A stretch of 55,299 bases of DNA from a virus (Duplodnaviria; Caudoviricetes). Shown here one piece after another: positions 1 to 8,231 of this stretch. The notes under the pieces were generated by a model. That model was not told where the DNA came from. It did not search any database and saw only the letters and a list, made by a program, of their open reading frames with translations. The translations under genes and the position numbers were made by a program. The first letter of the stretch is position 1. Each line of letters begins with the position of its first letter. The stretch spans positions 1 to 55,299 of IMG/VR virus record IMGVR_UViG_3300021982_000201; one strand, given 5' to 3'.

Positions 1-145
1 CCAATCCGGAGGACGTGGCCTATAGCCGCACAATGTATATCGTGAAGCACTGATGGGGCCTGGTATTTAGCCCGGAGCTGGCGCGATTTTAGCGCCAGCG
101 CCTCCTTCAGACGGTCTTCATGGAGGCTGTTATCCGGTTGTTTTT

Positions 146-697
146 CTACCGCAGCAATTCGGCAAATTTCGCCAACCATTGCGGATGGGCGGGCCAGGCG
201 GGGGCGGTAACCAGATTGCCGTCAATATGCGCCTGATCGATACCAATGTCGGCAAAATGTCCGCCGCTGAGCCGCACTTCCGGTGCACAGGCCGGATAGG
301 CGCTGCAGGTGCGGCCTTTTAATATGCCTGCCGCGGCCAATAGCTGAGGGCCATGGCAAACGGCGGCAATCGGTTTACGCGCCGCGTCAAACGCTTGCAC
401 CAGTTTAAGTACTTCCGCATTCAGGCGCAGATATTCTGGCGCCCGCCCGCCGGGGATCAACAGCGCGTCATAATCCGCCTCTTTCACGCTTGTGAAATCG
501 GCGTTGAGAACAAAGCGATGGCCGGGTTTCTCGCTGTAGGTCTGGGCGCCGTCAAAGTCATGGATGGCGGTCATAATGTAGTCGCCTTTGGATTTGTCAG
601 GACAGACAGCATCAACCTGATGTCCAATCATTTGTAGTGCCTGGAACGGCACCATGGTCTCGTAATCTTCGGCAAGGTGAGGATTGCGTACACGCAT
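146..697 (-). pseudogene. DJ-1/PfpI family (type 1 glutamine amidotransferase-like) gene, 3' part, interrupted by the prophage
   Basis: Motifs AEDYE, LIPGG, AVCHG (nucleophile Cys), DGNLVTA. Native N-terminus lies at 41581-41631; first 8 residues of this ORF (MRVRNPHL) are phage-derived. Confidence 0.9.
662..673 (+). repeat. att core, left copy (GTAATCTTCGGC)
   Basis: Identical to 41581-41592; encodes AEDY of the host gene on the minus strand. Confidence 0.92.
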
Positions 698-834
698 GCC
701 TTAAGGTGTACACAAATGAACGCGGTTTTTTATGTATGACATTGATTTTAAGATTTTATTTTGTTTTTGTTGTCACTTTTCGCAGATGGTTGTACACATC
801 TGAATCTTGTTGTTTATGCTAGTACATGCGATAT

Positions 835-877
835 TGAGTACAGATTGAGTACATAAATCCCAAAATCGATGAGTACA
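835..877 (+). promoter_or_regulatory. Putative integrase arm-type binding sites (TGAGTACA x3)
   Basis: TGAGTACA at 835, 846 and 870; same motif recurs just inside the right att (41502, variant at 41514). Confidence 0.65.
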
Positions 878-886
878 GAAAATAAT

Positions 887-2068
887 ATGGCGATCAGTGA
901 CACGAAGCTACGTTCTATCTATGGAAAACCATATTCCGGCCCATCTGAAATTACTGATTCTGATGGGCTTGGGATTCGTATAACCCCCAAAGGGGTTATC
1001 AGCTTTCAATTTCGGTTTCGCTGGGAGGGAAAGCAGAACCGAATGGGGCTGGGGCGCTACCCGGCGCTGACGCTACGCGAGGCTCGCAATATAGTTGCAG
1101 ATTTGAGGGAGTCAGCAGATAAGGGCATTGATCCACGGTCGCTAACTGGCAACAACAAATCCCAGGATAAACCAACGGTAAAGGACTGCCTGGACTACTG
1201 GAAAGAGAATTATGTTGATGTGACCTTGAGGGAGAAAACGGTCGCACTTTATAAATCCACGGTTATAAAGCAGATGAGAGATGCTTTTTCAGGTATACCG
1301 GTCGAAGATATTCCTGTCCGTATGTGGGTTGAGAGATTTACCGAAGAGGAGAGGATCAACCCTCGCCGCGCCCGCCACTTGTTGATACAACTACGTTCGG
1401 CTATTGGCTGGTGTATGCGCCGACAGTTCATCAGTACAACTGAACTGATGCTTCTACAGCCGAAAGACATTGGCGTAAAACCAGCGGTTGGTGAGACCAC
1501 TCTCAGCTATAACCAGCTCGCAAAAATCTGGATGGCTATAGAGCGGAGCCGCGGGTCTACTTCTAACAGGTTGCTTCATCAGTTGCTGATGCTTTACGGC
1601 GCCAGAAATAGTGAACTGCGGCTGGCTATAAAAGGTGAGTTTGACAGAGAGGAGGGGCTGTGGGTCGTGCCGGCGGAGAAAAGCAAAACCAAAAAAATTA
1701 TCAGGCGCCCAATTTTCTCTGCTGCAGATGATTTACTGAAAAAAGCCGAAATGACTTATGGAAATGTACTTTTCCCGGGTGAAAATCTGAAAACCCCCAT
1801 AACCATTTCTGGTGCAAATAAATTTCTCAGACGAATAAAGGATTCGTTGGGTTTTGGTGAGTTTTCTTCACATGACTTTCGTCGCACCCTCGCAACCCGG
1901 CTATCTGAAGAGGGCGTAGCCCCGCACGTTATTGAAAAAATGCTGGGGCATGAGCTGGGCGGCGTGCTTTCCGTCTATAACAAGCATGACTGGATTGCGG
2001 AACAGAAAGACGCCTATGATCTGTATGCTGAAAAAATATTCTGGCATATCAGGAAGATTTCTGATTGA
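887..2068 (+). CDS. int: Tyrosine recombinase / phage integrase with N-terminal arm-binding domain
   Basis: Catalytic motifs GARNSE, HDFRR, LGH, VYNKH; adjacent to att. Start taken at MAISDTKL (ORF track start 869). Confidence 0.95.
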   Translation: MAISDTKLRSIYGKPYSGPSEITDSDGLGIRITPKGVISFQFRFRWEGKQNRMGLGRYPALTLREARNIVADLRESADKGIDPRSLTGNNKSQDKPTVKDCLDYWKENYVDVTLREKTVALYKSTVIKQMRDAFSGIPVEDIPVRMWVERFTEEERINPRRARHLLIQLRSAIGWCMRRQFISTTELMLLQPKDIGVKPAVGETTLSYNQLAKIWMAIERSRGSTSNRLLHQLLMLYGARNSELRLAIKGEFDREEGLWVVPAEKSKTKKIIRRPIFSAADDLLKKAEMTYGNVLFPGENLKTPITISGANKFLRRIKDSLGFGEFSSHDFRRTLATRLSEEGVAPHVIEKMLGHELGGVLSVYNKHDWIAEQKDAYDLYAEKIFWHIRKISD

Positions 2069-2249
2069 TGCCCCCGTTTAAAATCCACTCCACGACAGCA
2101 GAGCGCAGGTACTGCTTAGGGTAGGTGCGGATTGGTTTTGGGAAATTATAGCGCTCTGTATATTTACGGATGGTCATGCGTGAAGAAACGCGGATCATCC
2201 TCATTACTTCTTCCTCGTCAATCATTTCAATGTCTACCATATTTTCCAC
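2049..2249 (-). CDS. AlpA-family excisionase / recombination directionality factor
   Basis: Small wHTH, EVMRMIRVSSRMTI...FPKPI, convergent with and overlapping int. Confidence 0.8.
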   Translation of the reverse strand: MENMVDIEMIDEEEVMRMIRVSSRMTIRKYTERYNFPKPIRTYPKQYLRSAVVEWILNGGINQKSS

Positions 2250-2250
2250 C

Positions 2251-2397
2251 TCACACCACTTTCAGGCCACGACAGTGGCACCACGTCTCATACATCCGCT
2301 TAACCACTTCCCGGCAGTAATAGCCGTGACCGTCTCGCGTCAGATCGTACCGGCCGCCGTAGCGCAGCCGTACCCATATCTCAAATTCTCTGTTCAT
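2251..2397 (-). CDS. Small hypothetical phage protein (48 aa, MNREFEIWVRLRYGGRYDLTRDGHGYYCREVVKRMYETW...)
   Basis: Read manually (below ORF-track cutoff); ATGA overlap with upstream gene, fills the gap to xis. Confidence 0.7.
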   Translation of the reverse strand: MNREFEIWVRLRYGGRYDLTRDGHGYYCREVVKRMYETWCHCRGLKVV

Positions 2398-2618
2398 CGT
2401 TTCATCTCGCGCAGCGCGGTTTTATAGGCCCGCAGCGCATCCCTGGTTTTGCCTGAAATATGCGTCTTCATGAAGAAGCTGCCGCGCCGTTCGCTGATGA
2501 CGCCCGGGGTGCAGAGCAGGGTGGCATCAACAACTCGGTTATGTTTGCGAAACTCGAAAATGGTGCTGGTAATAGTCACCGCGGCCACGGCGCCATAATC
2601 TTTAAAGTCGATTTTCAT
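2394..2618 (-). CDS. Hypothetical phage protein (MKIDFKDYGAV...)
   Basis: Tightly packed in leftward early operon. Confidence 0.7.
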   Translation of the reverse strand: MKIDFKDYGAVAAVTITSTIFEFRKHNRVVDATLLCTPGVISERRGSFFMKTHISGKTRDALRAYKTALREMKR

Positions 2619-3036
2619 CGTTTCGACCCTCCTCAGCTGCTGCAACATATCCTTCCCACCCGCCATAGCTGTTCACCATTTCGCCCAGGCGAGAGAGGCA
2701 GGCGTTCATCCAGCGGATCCCCCGAGGCGTAAGCGCCGGCACTGTTCCCCAGTCGATAAATCCCGAATTGCTGCGGTGCAAATATTTGATGAGGTCCAGA
2801 ATGTTGATGTAATGCGCACGGCGGCGCTCTATGTCCCACCCTTTATCTTTGAGGTAGGAGTCAATGAACCCCTGCAGAGCGGGCTGGTTAAGCGAAATAT
2901 CGCCGTACTGGTGGCGATACACCGGGCGACGGTGCAGGCTGACCAGATAGAACAGGTACGCATCGCATACCCAGGTTAAGGCCCGCTGGTGGGCCACCTC
3001 GATAGAACTGGCCGGCAGCCAGATAACGTTATTCAC
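2602..3036 (-). CDS. Hypothetical phage protein
   Basis: ORF 2602-3102; probable GTG start at 3036 behind GGAGG, overlapping the rha stop. Confidence 0.65.
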   Translation of the reverse strand: MNNVIWLPASSIEVAHQRALTWVCDAYLFYLVSLHRRPVYRHQYGDISLNQPALQGFIDSYLKDKGWDIERRRAHYINILDLIKYLHRSNSGFIDWGTVPALTPRGIRWMNACLSRLGEMVNSYGGWEGYVAAAEEGRNDENRL

Positions 3037-3736
3037 CGTGGCCACCCTCCCACCCGATAGCCTGAAATAGTCCCATCTTCGGGTGATACCAGCGGGTGCC
3101 ACGGGGCTCCGCCTCGGACATCATCTGGCGGAATGCTTTCATGAAAGGTTCAAGCTCCACGATAGCCCGGCGGGACAGAAGGCCGTCAGGTGTCATGAAT
3201 TCGTGCGTATCGGTTGGGATACGGTAAGCGTTAACCAGGTTTCGGCACTTCGCATCGGTCATGCCGCTTTTGGCGACCACCTGGCGGTAACCAACGTACC
3301 CGGCCCGCATGGTCCCACGCTTAATGTTCTCGACCGCTTCCGCTACGGTTTCCACCTGTTCTTCGACCTGGTAGAGGCGGCGCTCCTGCTCAACATTCAG
3401 CAGGGCCATTTCGGCGATCAGCTCTGCCTGTGATTTTGGGCGGGAGCGCTCTTCCTCCAGCTCTTTCCAGCGGTCCACCAAGCGGGCGGTAAACTCAGGG
3501 CTAAGCTGGGCGACGACGATGATGCTGTCGCGCTTACCTTCTTCACTTTCAAAAACGTAAACTGCTGTAGGACGCCCGGCGGTAGGCTTTTCCTCAATTT
3601 GAGGAGAAGTGATTACACCGCGCACAATCAGCATCTCAATGGTGCGCTTCACGTTGTCGTGACGCTTCTCTACCAGCTCGGCGATTTCCAGACTGGTCAT
3701 GGATGGTTTGCTGGTGATCAAGTTATTCATCATCAT
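3029..3736 (-). CDS. Rha-family phage regulatory protein
   Basis: N-terminal MTSLEIAELVEKRHDNVKRTIE motif; start moved to MMMNNL behind GAGGG. Confidence 0.85.
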   Translation of the reverse strand: MMMNNLITSKPSMTSLEIAELVEKRHDNVKRTIEMLIVRGVITSPQIEEKPTAGRPTAVYVFESEEGKRDSIIVVAQLSPEFTARLVDRWKELEEERSRPKSQAELIAEMALLNVEQERRLYQVEEQVETVAEAVENIKRGTMRAGYVGYRQVVAKSGMTDAKCRNLVNAYRIPTDTHEFMTPDGLLSRRAIVELEPFMKAFRQMMSEAEPRGTRWYHPKMGLFQAIGWEGGHGE

Positions 3737-3740
3737 TCCC

Positions 3741-4322
3741 TCAGTGCATAACCGGCATGTCTGGCATGCCTTCGGTGTGGATTTGCTCGATAAAGCCGTC
3801 GTGCAGCATGTTGAAGCCCTCCCGGCCCATAGCTGACAGCCTGAACCCGTATTCGTCGTCACAGACAACCATGTCCTGATACATGCGCAGCGCCAGCGGC
3901 AACCCTTCTTCTCTCCCGTATTTCTCAATGGCGCCAGCCTCAATATGGTTAGCGAGTGCAAATCGTTCCGGCCCTGGGTAGACGCTGATTGCGCCATGCT
4001 CCCCGGAGTAGATAACGGCCGTATCAACGCCGCCTTCGTCGTTCGGAATGTCGACAGTCCCGTTCTTCTCCCGCTCTTCGGTAATGAATACCGCGGCGAG
4101 CAACCAGCGCCAGACGATGATTTGCTGCTCGATAGTGAGCGAGAGCCAGTCGCTTTCCACCGCTTCCATGATGCAGGCCAGAATATTCATGCCGTCGGCG
4201 AGACGTTTGTCATAGCGTCCGTTATCCAGCTCTCGAATAGCGGCGGAGTAGCCAATAATCCTGTTTCCAGATATCCGGATGCCGGTTGACGTTGGTTCCG
4301 GGTTAAATGCTGTGTGATCCAT
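3741..4322 (-). CDS. Hypothetical phage protein
   Basis: 193-aa ORF in operon context. Confidence 0.75.
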   Translation of the reverse strand: MDHTAFNPEPTSTGIRISGNRIIGYSAAIRELDNGRYDKRLADGMNILACIMEAVESDWLSLTIEQQIIVWRWLLAAVFITEEREKNGTVDIPNDEGGVDTAVIYSGEHGAISVYPGPERFALANHIEAGAIEKYGREEGLPLALRMYQDMVVCDDEYGFRLSAMGREGFNMLHDGFIEQIHTEGMPDMPVMH

Positions 4323-4734
4323 TGCGTACCTCTGCTGGTTTGCTGGCCCTGAGTTCGTCGCGTTCTTTCACGTAGCGGTCGTGCATGGCATCCCACTTGT
4401 TGCACCACTTCTGCATCTCGCGCTTGCGGGCGAGGATTCGACGAAGCCGGCGAACTGTGCGCTGGTGGGCGCGGTGATATTCGTCGGTAGTTTCGCCACG
4501 CCGCCACATTTCGTTTCCTTCATGCTCCACAAGGTAATCAGGGTGGCGCTGCTTAAACCCGGACCGGGCGAAAGCGTGAGACGCCAGAAAGTGCGCCAGC
4601 CAGATAATGGCGGTACCGCGGCTAAAGCAACGCTTCATGCGTCCGTGGAGGATAGCGGCGTACAGATCGCCAACTGGCGTGTGGTGCTTCTGTAATGCCA
4701 GGTCAATAGCGCTGGCGGTGCGGTTATCGATCAT
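4303..4734 (-). CDS. Hypothetical phage protein (MIDNRTASAIDLALQKH...)
   Basis: 143-aa ORF overlapping neighbours. Confidence 0.75.
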   Translation of the reverse strand: MIDNRTASAIDLALQKHHTPVGDLYAAILHGRMKRCFSRGTAIIWLAHFLASHAFARSGFKQRHPDYLVEHEGNEMWRRGETTDEYHRAHQRTVRRLRRILARKREMQKWCNKWDAMHDRYVKERDELRASKPAEVRNGSHSI

Positions 4735-4949
4735 CGTTTAATTTCTCCCGAGTAACGTTCATGGCTCATTACTTCCCAGTTCCGGCCGTCGTCTTTCGAT
4801 AACAGCCGCCAGCGTGGGTTAACCTTCAGGCTGAGATACCCGGTGCGGTGCGTACGGCGTGCGTATATGCGCTTCCGGCGGTACCGCAGCAGGACCTGCA
4901 TCGCCTGCAGGTGTACGCGTTCAGGAATTCGTATTGCTGTCAGTGACAC
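4731..4949 (-). CDS. Small basic ParE/RelE-like protein
   Basis: GTG start behind GGAGGAG; YLSLKVNPRWRLLS...WEVMSHERY resembles a minimal RelE/ParE-like fold. Confidence 0.55.
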   Translation of the reverse strand: MSLTAIRIPERVHLQAMQVLLRYRRKRIYARRTHRTGYLSLKVNPRWRLLSKDDGRNWEVMSHERYSGEIKR

Positions 4950-5135
4950 GGCACTCCTCCACTCTGGGGGCCTGAATCCGATAGCCCGCTTTCTCTGCCA
5001 TCCAGAAAAAGGTGTCCATCGTCGCGATAAGTTCGTTGTCGCGGACTCGGCGGGTATCAATTACCTGGCCGTTTTCAATAGTCATAACGACCTGCACTTT
5101 TTCGTGTGAAATAGGGGGGGGGGTAATTTAGTCAT
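4921..5135 (-). pseudogene. Early gene frameshifted at a G10 tract (would read MTKLPP..ISHEKVQVVMTIENGQVIDTRRVRDNELIATMD...)
   Basis: ATG coupled to upstream stop (TGATG); 215 nt to TGA at 4921; open only if the tract is 8 or 11 nt. Confidence 0.7.
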
Positions 5136-5494
5136 CAGTTAATTCCTCCGCTGACATATTTCTCTTTTGCATGAGCGATTAATTCCGAGAAAATATCGTC
5201 AACAATCGCTTTACCGGTTTCGGTCAAATATTCGGTATGCCCGTTAATATCCAGACTGTTCATATACGCTTTGCGTAGAAAACTTTCTGCTTCTGAGCCA
5301 AATTCTGCGCGAACCTGCTTTTCGAATCGTTGCAGAAGCTTTTGCATTGACTCTTCGTTAATTTCGATAACCTGAATATTGTTATCCGGCATATTCACAG
5401 AGAGACAATAGCCGCCTGTTTTACGTTTCAGTCTGTGCAGGGTCGCATTGGCAATACGACGGCGATAAATATCAATTGCGCTTTGTCTTTCCAT
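5135..5494 (-). CDS. Hypothetical phage protein
   Basis: ORF with probable start MERQSA; operon packing. Confidence 0.75.
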   Translation of the reverse strand: MERQSAIDIYRRRIANATLHRLKRKTGGYCLSVNMPDNNIQVIEINEESMQKLLQRFEKQVRAEFGSEAESFLRKAYMNSLDINGHTEYLTETGKAIVDDIFSELIAHAKEKYVSGGIN

Positions 5495-5696
5495 CGTTTC
5501 TTTCCTCCAGGACATTCATTTGTCCGTCAATATCTGCAGACATGTCGTAAGCAATTTGCAAAAGACTCCAGCGCTGCCCGTCTTCCATTTCGTAATAGTT
5601 CTCCGCGATGGTCTGAATCAGATGCATTAATCTTTCTGTGGCAATACTTGCTTCCTGTAATGTCACGTTGCTTATTCTGTTTGATTGGGCGCTCAC
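5472..5696 (-). CDS. Small acidic helical phage protein
   Basis: 74-aa ORF, GTGA overlap with upstream gene. Confidence 0.7.
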   Translation of the reverse strand: MSAQSNRISNVTLQEASIATERLMHLIQTIAENYYEMEDGQRWSLLQIAYDMSADIDGQMNVLEERNDGKTKRN

Positions 5697-5806
5697 GCAG
5701 ACCTCCCGTAGGCTTTGCGGAGAAAAAGCAGTGCAATTAATTCGTGACCTTCAGCCCTATAGAGCAGGGCTGTTCTGTACGCGGCATGGTCAACAATGAA
5801 ACTCAC
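5693..5806 (-). CDS. Very small phage protein (37 aa, MSFIVDHAAYRTALLYRAEGHELIALLFLRKAYGRSA)
   Basis: Read manually; GTG start after AAGGGGG, stop overlaps next start. Confidence 0.55.
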   Translation of the reverse strand: MSFIVDHAAYRTALLYRAEGHELIALLFLRKAYGRSA

Positions 5807-5876
5807 AATAACCCCCTTGCTAAATTTAGAGTGAAGGATTCCCCACCGGTTAAGGTGTTAATTAAAACTGTTTTGG

Positions 5877-6290
5877 TTAATTCAATTTTGCTTCGATGTT
5901 TTTCAATTCACTGCAAACTTTTATCGCATAATCGAAGATTACTGATGCCATATACATGGCTGGTTTGCCATTATCTTCATCTGTGAAGTAAGCCTCATTA
6001 TAAATATGCGCAAGCTCTTCGAGTTTTCTTGCCGTAATGGTCGCGTGAAAAACATCATCAACAATATCAGCGCCGCTCTCGTCCCGTTGGGGGGGGGCTG
6101 ATACATCGCTGAGCGTGTTGATATATTCATTCGCAGTGTCGAGCGTCTTTTTCATTGAACGAATCAGGCAAGCTATAGCGCAATCTGTTTCGTGGTCTTC
6201 GCTGCTATTTTTGTAGATGGTTTCAAGAAGCACAGTATTCTCGATAATATCAGCAGAAATAGTTTCAAGCATCTGAACGGGAGTATTCAT
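5877..6290 (-). CDS. Hypothetical two-module helical protein with internal G9 tract
   Basis: 137-aa ORF; ATGA overlap with upstream gene. Confidence 0.75.
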   Translation of the reverse strand: MNTPVQMLETISADIIENTVLLETIYKNSSEDHETDCAIACLIRSMKKTLDTANEYINTLSDVSAPPQRDESGADIVDDVFHATITARKLEELAHIYNEAYFTDEDNGKPAMYMASVIFDYAIKVCSELKNIEAKLN

Positions 6291-6493
6291 TTGTTTGCCT
6301 CAAAATTATGTACGCGTTCGAGTTCTTCATATGCTCGCGAAGCCAGGTACCGAATGCCATTGGATGCTTCTTTAATGGTATCCGCATCAAGCTGTTCAGC
6401 GCTTAACTCAAGTGCTACGAGCAGGGCGCATACGTTATTAGTGTATTCCATCGCGCTAATGAGGTTCGGGTGGTTGGTGGTGTTGGTTTTCAT
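6287..6493 (-). CDS. Small helical phage protein
   Basis: 68-aa ORF coupled to neighbours by 4-nt overlaps. Confidence 0.7.
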   Translation of the reverse strand: MKTNTTNHPNLISAMEYTNNVCALLVALELSAEQLDADTIKEASNGIRYLASRAYEELERVHNFEANK

Positions 6494-6705
6494 TCTTCCA
6501 CCTCTTTATTTGCGCTGTTAATAGTTTTCTGCATTGAGTTAACCATGTCCCAAGCAATGCCAAGGCACCCCTCAATATCATCAGGTTCACAGTTGTTATC
6601 TTTTACAGCCTGACACAGCATCGACAAAAAATGACCAAGCTTAGTCAAACTATCGGAGCAGAAATTAACTTTTTCGGTTTCTGTTATCATCTTCATATTC
6701 ACCAT
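6490..6705 (-). CDS. Small helical phage protein, first gene of leftward early operon
   Basis: 71-aa ORF downstream of OL-like sites. Confidence 0.7.
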   Translation of the reverse strand: MVNMKMITETEKVNFCSDSLTKLGHFLSMLCQAVKDNNCEPDDIEGCLGIAWDMVNSMQKTINSANKEVEE

Positions 6706-6731
6706 GAGAGTGATTACTCGGTGAATTAAAG

Positions 6732-6779
6732 GTAACTAAAGTATCATTTTGGTGCAAGTGGTTTTGATACTTTATTTTC
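6732..6779. promoter_or_regulatory. OL-like operators (2 sites)
   Basis: GTAACTAAAGTATCA (6732-6746) and inverted GAAAATAAAGTATCA (6765-6779), matching three sites between cI and cro. Confidence 0.7.
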
Positions 6780-6790
6780 GCTACTTATCC

Positions 6791-6813
6791 AAAAAAAAGC
6801 CGGCATAGCCGGC
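6791..6813 (-). terminator. Intrinsic terminator after cI
   Basis: GCCGGC-3nt-GCCGGC hairpin followed by T8 on the minus strand. Confidence 0.75.
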
Positions 6814-6830
6814 ATCTGATTGATATATAA

Positions 6831-7532
6831 TTAAAATATGTCCCACCTGGCATCAACAACCACACCGATTATTTCGCACTCATCATCTAGGGGGATCATA
6901 GGATATTGAGGATTGAGGGGTTTCAGATACCCAGCCCCCATGTCAGTTACATACTTTTTAAAAGTAACATCCCTGCTACTTCTCTTTTGCGCGATAACAT
7001 AGCAGTTTGAGTAAGGTTCTTTTTCTGGATCAATAAGTATGGACATACCTTCAGGAAAGGTAACCCCTGCATGCGAAGTCATAGAATCGCCTTTTACCTC
7101 AAGCCAAAAACCTCTTTCGCCAGCGTACTTTACAGAATCAATCCAGTTTTCAATATCATACATATTATAGTTATCGCCACATTGCGCAAATTGACCAGCT
7201 TGAACCCAGTTTAACTTCGGGTAGCTGTATCTGCGCTGTGGTTGCACGGTCTCGGTTACGTTATTAACCCAAGCTGTATCACTGATAGGTTTCTTTTGTG
7301 GTTGGGTTTGTGGCAGTTTTTCCTGCGTTCCCTTACCAGTCTGCAGCCACTCAGGTTCGCATCCAAGTGCGGATGAGATCTTAAAAAGAGTATTGCTGTT
7401 AAAGTTTTTTGTTAGTCCAAGCTCCGCTTTACTGATAGCTACCCGCGTGACACCTGCTTTTTTGGCAAGAGCCTCTTGCGTGAATCCTAACAATTCGCGT
7501 CGGCTTATCAACCGGTCTGCTAACGAACTCAT
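6831..7532 (-). CDS. cI: CI-like repressor (XRE HTH plus S24 autopeptidase)
   Basis: HTH TQEALAKKAGVTRVAIS; VQAG cleavage site; VKGDSM Ser and TFKK Lys. Confidence 0.93.
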   Translation of the reverse strand: MSSLADRLISRRELLGFTQEALAKKAGVTRVAISKAELGLTKNFNSNTLFKISSALGCEPEWLQTGKGTQEKLPQTQPQKKPISDTAWVNNVTETVQPQRRYSYPKLNWVQAGQFAQCGDNYNMYDIENWIDSVKYAGERGFWLEVKGDSMTSHAGVTFPEGMSILIDPEKEPYSNCYVIAQKRSSRDVTFKKYVTDMGAGYLKPLNPQYPMIPLDDECEIIGVVVDARWDIF

Positions 7533-7549
7533 GAGTCATCCCCCTAAAA

Positions 7550-7619
7550 GAAACTAAAGTAACATTTCGTTTTGATACTTTGGATTCTATTTGCTACTAT
7601 CGATTGATACAATAGTTTC
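7550..7619. promoter_or_regulatory. OR-like operators (3 sites) between cI and cro
   Basis: GAAACTAAAGTAACA (7550-7564), inverted GAATCCAAAGTATCA (7573-7587), inverted GAAACTATTGTATCA (7605-7619). Confidence 0.7.
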
Positions 7620-7630
7620 GACACCGAGAG

Positions 7631-7846
7631 ATGAAAATGACTCTGTTTGAAATCCTTAAGCAGCAATTTAAGACAAATACCGCTATCGGGAAAAGATTCC
7701 CACGCAAAGGCAAACCGAGAAGTAGTCAGGCCGTAGGGAAGTGGGAGATGCGTGGAGTTCCAGAGGATGTTGCGATCTTATGTCATTTGGATTCAAAAAT
7801 CCCATACACCCACCCAGGAATTAGCAACGGTTCCAATGAGGTGTGA
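7631..7846 (+). CDS. cro: Cro-like regulator
   Basis: Small basic protein divergent from cI, SQAVGKW..GVP motif. Confidence 0.75.
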   Translation: MKMTLFEILKQQFKTNTAIGKRFPRKGKPRSSQAVGKWEMRGVPEDVAILCHLDSKIPYTHPGISNGSNEV

Positions 7847-7847
7847 C

Positions 7848-8110
7848 ATGTCACCCGAAGACTTCATTCGCAAGCACATTACTGCGGCGCTGGAAGCCGA
7901 GGGGTTCTCTGAAAGCACCGCAGGGGGGGGGCTGAGCACGGCGTGGATTATTACCGGAGAAGCTCACAGGCAAGCCGTAAAGGGGCGATCTTCGATGATT
8001 GTCTCTACCGTGCTCGTCAGTAGGCTCTCGGGCAGACAACGACGGCAGAGCGAAAATCAGCAAAGAAAAAGCCGGGAAAAGGTGGTGGCGCTTCTCCCGG
8101 CCTGTTCTGA
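7848..8110 (+). pseudogene. Post-cro gene (MSPEDFIRKHITAAL...) apparently disrupted by G9 frameshift and a TAG
   Basis: After G9 (7923-7931) the more protein-like frame GAEHGVDYYRRSSQASRKGAIFDDCLYRARQ*ALGQTT... is shifted and has TAG at 8021. Confidence 0.55.
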
Positions 8111-8231
8111 CTTTCGACACAGCATTTGTTTTGAAATGACCTCGGGGGAAATTTCATGAAAAACCATACCAGAGTATTCGATTACAAATCAAGCGCCATC
8201 CGTAGCGCCAGCGTTATAGGTTGGAGGATAC

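Noticed and set aside
1-145. Possible 3' end of a plus-strand host gene
   Set aside because: Too short, stops in all frames, no recognisable motif.
3737-4027. N-terminal 97-aa extension of the Rha ORF in the ORF track
   Set aside because: Overlaps the upstream gene in another frame; Rha domain and RBS start at 3736.
7752-8159. 135-aa ORF as an intact gene
   Set aside because: Start lies inside cro and the part after the G9 tract looks out of frame; treated as a disrupted gene.
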